A DNA stretch of 64,000 nt, taken from the NCBI GenBank assembly GCA_003602415.1, contig QQSK01000013.1, positions 89,929 through 153,928 on the forward strand, given 5' to 3'. Every line of letters begins with the position of its first letter. Position 1 is the stretch's first letter. The position numbers and the translations under genes were made by a program. The notes beneath the pieces are model-generated. The model did no database searches. It was not told where the DNA came from and saw only the letters and a program-made list of their open reading frames with translations. Positions 36,947 to 46,200 of this stretch are shown here, one piece after another. The stretch is from Candidatus Poseidoniales archaeon. Lineage in GTDB: Archaea > Thermoplasmatota > Poseidoniia > Poseidoniales > Poseidoniaceae.

Positions 36947-38287
36947 ATGGGATTCAAACGCGTACTAATTGCTAACCGCGGAGAAATTGCATTGAGAATT
37001 CTCAGAACCTTGAGAGATATGGGTATTGAAGCAGCAATTATTCATGGTCGAGAAGATAGATTATCGCTTCCTGTAAGATTAGCAGATGTGGCTTATCCAA
37101 TCATGCGCTCCAATCCTCTAGATTCATACCTTGACATCGAAGCAGTTGTTCAGGCAGCTAAAGATTTGAATTGTGATGCAGTCCATCCAGGATATGGATT
37201 CCTTGCGGAAAACGCTCACTTCGTAAAGAGATTAGAGGAAGAAGGAATTACTTTCATCGGTCCAGCATCGGGTGTAATCACACTTCTTGGAGATAAAATC
37301 GAAGCAAGAGCAGCGATGGAGGCTGCTGGTTTACCTACAGCAAAAGGAAGTAGCGAGCCAATTTCTTCTGCAGATGTAGCGAGCGAATTGGCTAATGAAA
37401 TTGGCTATCCTGTGATCATTAAAGCAGCAGCAGGTGGCGGTGGAATTGGTATGCAAATCGTCCATGCGTCAAATGAGTTCGAAGGCGCTCTCAAACTATG
37501 TCAGGGCCGTGCAAAATCAGCATTTGGCGATGACAGAGTTTTCGTAGAGAAATATATCGAAGGCGCTCAACACGTCGAGTTCCAAGTTCTTGCTGATGGA
37601 GAAAAAGCCATTCACTTTGGTGAAAGGTTTTGTTCAATTCAGAGACGCCATCAAAAATTGATTGAAGAAGGACCATGGCTGACCGATGAAAAAAGAGCTG
37701 AAGTTGGCGCATTGGTTTGTGCTGGTGCAGAGTCAGTTGGTTACAAAGGTCTAGCAACTTTCGAATTCCTCAGAGATAAGAACGGTGATTTCTACTTCCT
37801 TGAGGTCAATCCAAGAGTCCAAGTTGAACATACGGTTACTGAATTGATCACAGGATATAATTTGGTAGAATTAGGAATTAGAGTTGCTCAGGGTGAAAGC
37901 TTACCGCTTACCCAAGACGATGTAGTGATTAGAGGTCATGCAATTCAATGCCGCTTGAATGCTGAAGATACGACCAATTTCGTACCTTCTCCTGGGCGAC
38001 TTTGGGAATGCCATTTCCCATCTGGTTTTGGTATACGTTGCGATACTCATGCACATCCAGGATATGAAATGCCAGGTTGCTTCGATAGTTTGCTAGCTAA
38101 ATTATTGGCATGGGGACCAGACCGTGATTCTGCAATTAGGAGAATGAGAACTGCTCTTGATGAAACAATCATCACAGGAGTTGAGCATCTAATACCTCTT
38201 CACCGTCGAATTATGGACGAAAAGGACTTCTTAGCAGGCGATATTACAATCGCTTACATCGACGAACATCAAGACCTATTGGGTTGA
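36947..38287 (+). CDS. accC: Biotin carboxylase subunit of an acyl-CoA/pyruvate carboxylase
   Basis: LIANRGEIA, HPGYGFLAEN, GGGGIGM, CSIQRRHQK, EVNPRVQVEH. Confidence 0.9.
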   Translation: MGFKRVLIANRGEIALRILRTLRDMGIEAAIIHGREDRLSLPVRLADVAYPIMRSNPLDSYLDIEAVVQAAKDLNCDAVHPGYGFLAENAHFVKRLEEEGITFIGPASGVITLLGDKIEARAAMEAAGLPTAKGSSEPISSADVASELANEIGYPVIIKAAAGGGGIGMQIVHASNEFEGALKLCQGRAKSAFGDDRVFVEKYIEGAQHVEFQVLADGEKAIHFGERFCSIQRRHQKLIEEGPWLTDEKRAEVGALVCAGAESVGYKGLATFEFLRDKNGDFYFLEVNPRVQVEHTVTELITGYNLVELGIRVAQGESLPLTQDDVVIRGHAIQCRLNAEDTTNFVPSPGRLWECHFPSGFGIRCDTHAHPGYEMPGCFDSLLAKLLAWGPDRDSAIRRMRTALDETIITGVEHLIPLHRRIMDEKDFLAGDITIAYIDEHQDLLG

Positions 38288-38292
38288 TAATC

Positions 38293-39219
38293 ATGGATGT
38301 GTTAATCGTTGGCAGTTTGGCCTACGATTCATTAGAAACTCCGGTTGGTTCAATCGAAGATGAATTAGGTGGTTCAGCATCCTATGGAGGCTTTTCTGCA
38401 GCATTTCATAATCGAAAAACCAACGGTAAAGGTGTAGGATTAGTTGGTGTAATAGGAGAAGATTTCGAACAAAAGCATCTTACTTGGTACAAAGAATCGG
38501 GTTTGGATATCGGCGGAATCGAGTCGATGCAAGGTAATACATTTCGCTGGAAAGGGTCGTATCATGGAAACATGTCTGAAGCTGTAACTCATGAAACACA
38601 TCTGAATGTGTTTGAACATTTTCAACCTAAAGTCCCCAATAGCATGGCGAATCCAAAGATATTGATGTGTGCAAATTTACATCCTAGTCTACAATCTTCA
38701 GTAATATCTCAGACCAATGTAGGTAGAGTCTCTCTACTCGACTCGATGAATCTTTGGATAGATATCGCACATGATGATTTGTTGGATGTAATGAAAAAGG
38801 TCGACATCGTTGTTCTGAACGATGGAGAGGTGCGCATGTTGGCATCTGATGATAATTTGATCCGAGCCTCTCAAACGGTTTTATCGATGAAGGGAGGCGG
38901 AATTTTGGTGATTAAAAAAGGTGAAAATGGCGTTTTAGCATTGCATCCAGATGGGATGATTTCTATACCATCTTATCCAACATTAAATTTGACAGACCCT
39001 ACGGGGTGTGGTGATTCTTTCGCTGGAGCAATGGCTCAATTTCTCTCTCTAGGGAGTGGAAATGTTAGCCATGAAGAATTAGCAGAAGCATTGGTTCATG
39101 CCACAGTAACTGCCTCGTTTACCATAGAAAGTTTCGGCACTGAACGACTACGCAATCTATCTGTTGAGGAATATGAAAATCGATTGAAAGAGTATAGATT
39201 AATCTCTAGAACTTCTTGA
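38293..39219 (+). CDS. PfkB-family carbohydrate/nucleoside kinase
   Basis: LGGSA, KKGENG, DPTGCGDSFAG. Confidence 0.9.
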   Translation: MDVLIVGSLAYDSLETPVGSIEDELGGSASYGGFSAAFHNRKTNGKGVGLVGVIGEDFEQKHLTWYKESGLDIGGIESMQGNTFRWKGSYHGNMSEAVTHETHLNVFEHFQPKVPNSMANPKILMCANLHPSLQSSVISQTNVGRVSLLDSMNLWIDIAHDDLLDVMKKVDIVVLNDGEVRMLASDDNLIRASQTVLSMKGGGILVIKKGENGVLALHPDGMISIPSYPTLNLTDPTGCGDSFAGAMAQFLSLGSGNVSHEELAEALVHATVTASFTIESFGTERLRNLSVEEYENRLKEYRLISRTS

Positions 39220-39258
39220 ATGCAGTATGCTCAAGAACAGGTCGTAACTCGCAGTGTT

Positions 39259-40278
39259 ATGACCGTACTAAATATTGCAATGATTGGCAGTGATGACCTT
39301 GCCAAATCGATTGCAAAGGCTACAGACCAGCGCGACGTTCATACCTATGTTCACAAAGAATCAGGAGCAGATGGTCCTAGGATTCTTTCCATAATTAGAC
39401 CGGCTAAAATGCCGGAAAGGATTCGTCCATTTTTCAATTCACTTTGTGCAGCTAGAGTTGGTCTGATAGAAATCTCAGGAATCGATGCAGCATTTGGTGA
39501 AGTACTGGTTGGCTTTGCTTCGGCTGGATTGAGCAAAGGTCTGTTTGTAATCAATCCTCCAGAGGGCGAGTGGATAGACGAAGACCAAGTCAAAGGTTTC
39601 CTCAATCAAGCGGGTCTATCCACATGGAAACAATGTGGTACAGACGGTATTGAATTACGCACAGCATTGTACGATTTGATGGATGAAATTTCTAGCGATT
39701 TAGAGTCTGCTAAAAAGGAGCCGCTGGTTGTTCCAATCGATCAATATTTCAATGTCAAGGGAATAGGATTAGTCGCCATAGGATATGTTCAATCGGGCTC
39801 AGTTTCAGTACATGATGAATTACATCTATTGCCAGCAGAAGGACCTGGTACGGTCAAGAGTTTGCAGGTTATGGATGATGATGTTTCAGAGGCAGTAGCA
39901 GGCGATCGAGTTGGGATCGCACTCAGGAATACGAAAGAGGAACACTTGACAGGTGGTTCATTGGTCATCCATCCTGCGATTGAAGACAAAAATAAGGGGG
40001 TCTCGATACCTCTTTGTTTGGAGAAACATGAGAAAAGTTCAGTTGAATTAACAGTTTCACCTTTCCAAAAGAGGATTTTGGCAGTAGGGGATGTAGTTCA
40101 TGCCAGCGTTGATTTGCAATTCGTTGTAGGACGCGTCGAATCCTTAGACTCCGGGCTTGAAGTGGCTTGGGAGTCTCCTTTGTTTATCCGTAAAGAAAAC
40201 CCGCCTACAGTGATCATTGCTCAACTTGATTCAAAGCCTAGAATTATGGGCAGTGCAAAATTATCTCGGCTTTCATAA
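39259..40278 (+). CDS. SelB/EF-Tu domain-II-containing protein with a degenerate G domain
   Basis: IDQYFNVKGIGLVAIG, VKSLQ, AGDRVGIAL; no P-loop. Confidence 0.8.
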   Translation: MTVLNIAMIGSDDLAKSIAKATDQRDVHTYVHKESGADGPRILSIIRPAKMPERIRPFFNSLCAARVGLIEISGIDAAFGEVLVGFASAGLSKGLFVINPPEGEWIDEDQVKGFLNQAGLSTWKQCGTDGIELRTALYDLMDEISSDLESAKKEPLVVPIDQYFNVKGIGLVAIGYVQSGSVSVHDELHLLPAEGPGTVKSLQVMDDDVSEAVAGDRVGIALRNTKEEHLTGGSLVIHPAIEDKNKGVSIPLCLEKHEKSSVELTVSPFQKRILAVGDVVHASVDLQFVVGRVESLDSGLEVAWESPLFIRKENPPTVIIAQLDSKPRIMGSAKLSRLS

Positions 40279-40295
40279 TCCACTGCAAAGAACGG

Positions 40296-40312
40296 CCCCC
40301 CCATAGGGGGGG
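40296..40312. promoter_or_regulatory. C7-ATA-G7 hairpin
   Basis: Perfect intergenic inverted repeat. Confidence 0.5.
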
Positions 40313-40357
40313 AAAACGGTGGGTTCATAACCTCGGGTTCGACTTCAGCGGTTCGGG

Positions 40358-41887
40358 ATGCTTATGGACACGAGGCCAGAGGGGCTCGGTGTCAATGGAG
40401 GGGGGATTAAATTCCGCTCCTTGTCACTGGGTGGAGTTCGCGGTAAGGTCAGGGCGACCTTAAACGAGAACCAAATCTCATTTGAGTCACGAAATGGTCA
40501 TGCATTAGACATTCGTTTGAATGCAATTCAAAGGGTCCATCACCACCATACAACTCTGGTTCCAGGATGGCTTGCAGTAGTTGGGTTAATTTTGGTATGG
40601 GTGGCATGGAGAGGCGTTACTGGTAAATTGCAAGCACTTCTTGGTTCAGCAGGAATCGTTCTTTCAGCATCTCACTACGCCACACGTAGACCTACTCTTA
40701 CAATCGATACAAAGGCCGAAGATTGTCATACGGTGTTTGGTTCAGATATCGCAATGATGCGCTTATGCGCTCTAATCCAACGAATTCAGAATGGGATGAG
40801 TTTAGAGGATGCGAAGTTGAGTGTTGACAATATGGTTAGCGATTCAGAATATCCTCGCTCAATGAATACTGATGAAATGGAGTTAATCCCTGAGCCGGTT
40901 GAATTATTCCCCTCTCCAGTGCTTAGTCACTTCATCGATGCTATGGAAAACGACGGAGAAGTCGACCCTGAAATAGAAATCGTTAGTCCAGCAATTGCGA
41001 TTGACGACCTGGATTTACCTATGTGGGAAGAAGAACCCGAACCGCCGGTAATCGAGCAACAGATGCCTGCTGGATTGATGGACAGATCTCGAGCAAATTT
41101 GTTCACCCAGAGAAATCAAGTTGTTCAAAACGGATGGCAACCTCCTCAGCAACAACATCCATACGACCAAATTCACAGATCTCAACCAGATAATATTCCC
41201 TCATATGGGATGATTCCTCAACAGGGAATGGAATCTCATATCCATAGGCCTGTACAAAATCCCCAACCTACTCCAATTCCAAACGACTTTTTGCCATCTT
41301 TCGTAGGGGCAAACGGAGCTCACATTCCAAACACTAGTGCGGAACAATTCTCGGTTCCTGATTCCCCTCTGCCTCAAGCCCAAGAGACTGAAGAAGATGT
41401 TCAGTCATTGGTTGCTTCTGCACGCCGAGATGATATTCCTCTGGATGCGGAATTGATTCCAAAAGATGTCGAGCCACCTAAACAAAAATATCCAAAGATG
41501 CGCGCATTAAAGTCCCAACCAACCACGACTCGTCTAGTAGTTCGCAAAGGTAGGACAGGACGAATTACTCCTCGTTCAGTATTATCGGAGTTAGTAACTC
41601 CAGCACTTGGCAAGGCATCTAAGCTCTCTAGGAGAATCTGGCCTAGAGGCAGAAGAACCGGCGAATCATTACGCCTTCAAGCCGAATATAATCTTCAATC
41701 ACAGGCTGCAGAATCCATTCAAAACCTAGCTAAGAGTAAGGGTGGAGAAGTTAGTGACGAAGAGGTGAATCAGATGCTATCGCACATCCCTTCACAACCG
41801 GTAATTCCAACAACTTTCAATGAACTTGTAAGTTCAAAATCCAAAGGCTCTGAAGATGTTGAATCAATTCCAAGAATCGATGAATGA
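40358..41887 (+). CDS. Hypothetical membrane protein with a long Pro/Gln/Glu-rich cytoplasmic tail
   Basis: 2 TM segments near the N-terminus; low-complexity remainder. Confidence 0.7.
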   Translation: MLMDTRPEGLGVNGGGIKFRSLSLGGVRGKVRATLNENQISFESRNGHALDIRLNAIQRVHHHHTTLVPGWLAVVGLILVWVAWRGVTGKLQALLGSAGIVLSASHYATRRPTLTIDTKAEDCHTVFGSDIAMMRLCALIQRIQNGMSLEDAKLSVDNMVSDSEYPRSMNTDEMELIPEPVELFPSPVLSHFIDAMENDGEVDPEIEIVSPAIAIDDLDLPMWEEEPEPPVIEQQMPAGLMDRSRANLFTQRNQVVQNGWQPPQQQHPYDQIHRSQPDNIPSYGMIPQQGMESHIHRPVQNPQPTPIPNDFLPSFVGANGAHIPNTSAEQFSVPDSPLPQAQETEEDVQSLVASARRDDIPLDAELIPKDVEPPKQKYPKMRALKSQPTTTRLVVRKGRTGRITPRSVLSELVTPALGKASKLSRRIWPRGRRTGESLRLQAEYNLQSQAAESIQNLAKSKGGEVSDEEVNQMLSHIPSQPVIPTTFNELVSSKSKGSEDVESIPRIDE

Positions 41888-42349
41888 TTATCGGTTCTTT
41901 TGAGACAACATGTGTGTTCTGATGGCCTTGGCGATTTCCCAATCTGCCTTTTCTTCATCAGTTTCAGGATTAAATTGTGGTACAGGAATCGGGCGCATCA
42001 TCGAATCGATCGCTATCATGAAGAAGTAACCTTGACAAATTTCGGTTTTGCTCCAGTCTGACTTATTCATTGCCCATGCAGTAACCTTGGCACATGCAGT
42101 TCTGTTAGATGTGAATACCACCTTGCCGGTTACTTCGATTAGGTCACCCTGTCTTGCAGGTGCCTTAAACTCCAAAGTATCAATAGAAATGGTTACGAAT
42201 TCTCTGTGTGCAAATTTAGCACAAACGATACCAGCAGCCTTGTCCATTAGCGATAGTAATCGGCCACCAAACAAGGTGTTGTATGAATTTGTGTCTTGAG
42301 GAAACACTTCCTCAATCAAGGTTACAGGTTCGGTACTGTATGGCTCCAT
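41888..42349 (-). CDS. Hotdog-fold acyl-CoA thioesterase (YciA-like)
   Basis: VFPQDTNSYNTLFGGRLLSLMD. Confidence 0.9.
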   Translation of the reverse strand: MEPYSTEPVTLIEEVFPQDTNSYNTLFGGRLLSLMDKAAGIVCAKFAHREFVTISIDTLEFKAPARQGDLIEVTGKVVFTSNRTACAKVTAWAMNKSDWSKTEICQGYFFMIAIDSMMRPIPVPQFNPETDEEKADWEIAKAIRTHMLSQKNR

Positions 42350-42442
42350 TGGTATTAGGGAAGAGTATCTCCTCCTTCAATCCATGTACGAATCATGCCA
42401 ACAATGTGAGATTTGATGAGGTATAGGTCACGCCAGTGTACC

Positions 42443-43108
42443 ATGTCGGGCATTTGTGTCGGCCTTGTGAGCGGAGGAATAGATTCGCCCGTCGCCGTTG
42501 CTCGAATGTTAATGGCAGGATGGAAAATCTATCCTTTACACGCATCTCAAGAGCCTGTTACCGGTCCCGCAGCAGAAGAGAAAACAGTTGCTTTACTTCG
42601 TCATTTGTTGAATATGGAAGGCCCGGTAGGAGATGCAGCTAGAGAAAATCTTTCTCGCGAGTTAATCGTTGTTCCAGTTGCAGAATCTTTGGCTTTGTTT
42701 ACAGAAAAGTGGAATCATTCCGAATATTTCATTCATATGAAGAGATTATTCAACGCAATTGCAACACTGCGAGGCGAGCAGATCGATGCAACACATGTGC
42801 TAAGCGGTGAGAATTTAGGTCAGGTGTCAAGTCAGACACTTGGAAATCTAGGAGGGGTTGAGATAGCAACTCCTCTTTTGCCATTAAGGCCATTACTTGC
42901 TATGGATAAAGTAACGATAATGACAATGGCTCGAAAATTAGGTACTCTTGAAATTAGTGAAGGCCCTGAAGTTTGTGATGCATTGGGTCCTAGCAAACCT
43001 ACCACAGTCGCCAATAAGGAGTGGCTTGAAAGTTCTGAGGAAAGAGTAGGTGGCTTGCAGCACCTCGCTTCTAGTAATTTTTCTCAACTTAGAATTGTAA
43101 ATCTCTAG
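42443..43108 (+). CDS. ThiI-like PP-loop sulfurtransferase, catalytic domain only
   Basis: SGGIDSPVA, GENLGQVSSQT, RPL, EVC; no THUMP domain. Confidence 0.8.
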   Translation: MSGICVGLVSGGIDSPVAVARMLMAGWKIYPLHASQEPVTGPAAEEKTVALLRHLLNMEGPVGDAARENLSRELIVVPVAESLALFTEKWNHSEYFIHMKRLFNAIATLRGEQIDATHVLSGENLGQVSSQTLGNLGGVEIATPLLPLRPLLAMDKVTIMTMARKLGTLEISEGPEVCDALGPSKPTTVANKEWLESSEERVGGLQHLASSNFSQLRIVNL

Positions 43109-43113
43109 GCTTT

Positions 43114-43143
43114 GCGGGTTTCCCCCTTTAGGGGGGAACCCGT
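43114..43143. terminator. GC-rich hairpin after the ThiI-like gene
   Basis: GCGGGTTTCCCCC TTTA GGGGGGAACCCGT. Confidence 0.5.
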
Positions 43144-43206
43144 TGGTACACATCTCCGTCGGTATTTTATGCCCGACTTGAGTGGGGAGGGGAGAGGGTG
43201 GCCCCT

Positions 43207-46200
43207 ATGAATGAAAATAAGAATGGAATAACCGCTTTGGTACTGACATGCTTGATGTTGATTACTCCGCTTGCAGGAGCAGCAGATGTCACAACATTTA
43301 GCAACGGAGGAAGTGATGTTACTGTTGAAGTTCGAGACAGTGCAGAATACACAAATTACGAAGATGGAACAATTTCATTACCATCTGGGGACACAGTTAC
43401 CAGTGCTTCGATGAAGATATCAACCGATATGGCCACTCATGAAACTTTTACATCCATCAATTCTGAGACTGCTCAATATGTTTGGGATCCTGTATACAAC
43501 AACCAACAAACCGAGTATTCCACGCTTACTGATTTCACATATCATGAAGATACTGTTCAACTGGTAAGCGGTGGTTTCTCAACCGACTTCGAAAGGTCAG
43601 AATCTTCATTCTTTGACCACACAGTGCCGCCTGTCTATGATGGCACAGGTTGGCAACATGGAACCCTTTCAGAAGCAACAGTCATCAATGACAATTGTAA
43701 CACTGGTAACGATTGTTGGGGTACAAACATGTACGACTGGGACAACGATTACACCAACGACGATAATGGCGGTGGATTCTCATACAGTCTGATTACTCCA
43801 GAGATGGAAGTCGACCCAAGTTCCCACATTGCTCGCTTCTCCAGCTGGCACGGTATGCACTGGACACAAACCAATCCAGGTTCAAATCCAACCAATACCT
43901 ACTATGATTGTGGATATGTGATGGTAAGAAACTCATCATCACCAAACTTCCCTCCACCTGATATGGGTTGGAGTTACATTCCATTCGATGCAACAAATTC
44001 CACAGGAATCAGTTATGCAAATGGACTATATCCAATTGGTTCTGGAAATGGAAAGATTCAGAATTGTGATGGATTAACAGGTACTGATTACGCAATTGGG
44101 GGAGAATCTACTCATCCAACTACCAACCCGTCCGGTTGGGCAACACTAGCTGTAAATCTGAACGAGCACATCCACAAGTATGTACAACTGAAATTCGTTA
44201 TGAGCCACAACAATGGCGCAGGTACACCTGAAAATACCACAATGCCTGGTTGGTTCATCGATGACTTCAGAATCGGTGACCCTCTTCCACAATCTGGTTC
44301 AATGACTGTGAAAGGTTTCACTCCTCAGCAATCACCTAACCCTGGTTTCCCAGACGGATACGGTGTTCTAACAATGGAGCAAGAAACAACTCCTACCAAC
44401 TCTCTAACAGTTACTGCACTTCGTGGAGGAACTACTGATATCGTAGTCGACAAGTTTGGAGAATTGATGACAGGTCTTGAAGGTCCTATCGTTGAATTGT
44501 GGGATATTGATTCTGCAGACTACCCTGTTATCGATTTGAGATTCGACTTTGATACAGGACAATATCGGTTATCGACTGCAGTTCTTCACGGCATCAATGT
44601 AGGGACTCGTGTGGGTACGGGAATGAACGACACAAATGTCGTGCTAAGTCCAATGATCCAGGACGGAGTTTGGCAAACCTCTGGCGGAGGTCAGCCATTA
44701 TTCTACACTCCAACATTAACTGATAATACGTTCACTCCAACGCTTTACAGTACTAAATTTTCACAACCAATTGTCGGTGTAACACCTGTTGTGGTTGACG
44801 ATTGTACTGAATCTCCTGGTGTCGAATTGAACTTAAGAGACAATTCAATTCACAATTTGACCGTTGGACAGAAGTGGATTCCAGATGATCCAATCTTCGG
44901 TTTCTCTTCAGTTGTTTCTTATGCTAACCCTTGTGGATTGTCAGAACTTTGGTTTGACCTAGAATTCGGACACAGTGCGGAAGCGGTTGAACTTGATATC
45001 GCAAACGATGGAGATATTGAATGGGCAATGAATGAGCCGGCATTCGGCTCGTTCGGCCGTCAAACAGTATTCTGGGCAGGTTACGCTGAAGGCGTCAATC
45101 ATGCTATGCACGAATCAACGCTCACACTGAACACATTCGGTGAAGCAACAGGTGGTAGTTTCATGCTACCTATGGGCGCTGATGTTTCGATTGCTGACAT
45201 TATTCTATCAGATAACACAGCAGGAGATTTCGATTTGACATTAAGGTCTAGTGGCCAAGAAGTATCTCTTGGAACAATGGCTAATCAATCTTTGATATCC
45301 TATGAAACGGTGTTCCCAATGTTTGCATTTAACGATGCAATCAATTCACTGCTAACCAACCCATTACTTCAAGCGTCTCACATTGACAATTATGGAAATG
45401 AATGGGCTACATTCCACTTCGATGTAGCAAACGAGAACGCTCCAAGTGGAACACAGGTTGTGTTTGGACACTTGGATATCGTTTACGAATGGGACACCAC
45501 AATCGGTGGTTCAAGCAATTTCGACCGTGAATTGAACCAAGGTATTGCTCTTGGAAGCGGTTCCACTGTTGAGGTTCCACTTTCACTATCGGCAGGTAGT
45601 GGAGGCGCAGTTATGTTCTCTGACCTATCGGTCACAACATCTACAGGGTATGATTCATCACTTACTCTAACCGGTAGCCCAGAGGGATTGTATCCAAATG
45701 GTGACATCGTAGAAGCTGTGTCTATTCACAGCGTAGATTCATCAACTGGAACTTCGTTTGCTGAATCAAGACTACGCATGGAATCTTCCAGTGGAGTTGT
45801 TGAATTAGCATTCTCCGAACTATCTCTGTTCACAGAAGCATATGACCCAGATAACCTAGTTACAATGGAATCATCCTCCTATACCGAGGTTGGAGATGAA
45901 ATGCATGTCACATGGAGATTCAGAATTAACACCGCTTGGGAGGATACTGCTGAATTGAGATTGTATGCCAGTTTGATCGCAGCAAATGGCGTTAATGGAA
46001 TGCCTGGAGCGGTTGTTCTAGCACCTAGTAATGGTAATGCAATTGAAAATGACGCTATGATCGCTTCTTTCGAATTGCAAAATGATGCGGGAGTAACACA
46101 GAACTTAGAATCAGCAAGTTCGAACCAGAACATCAATTTGGTTGGAAGCATTAGACTAGAAGGTCTAGATGTTGCACCAGACCCAACTTCTTACAATCTA

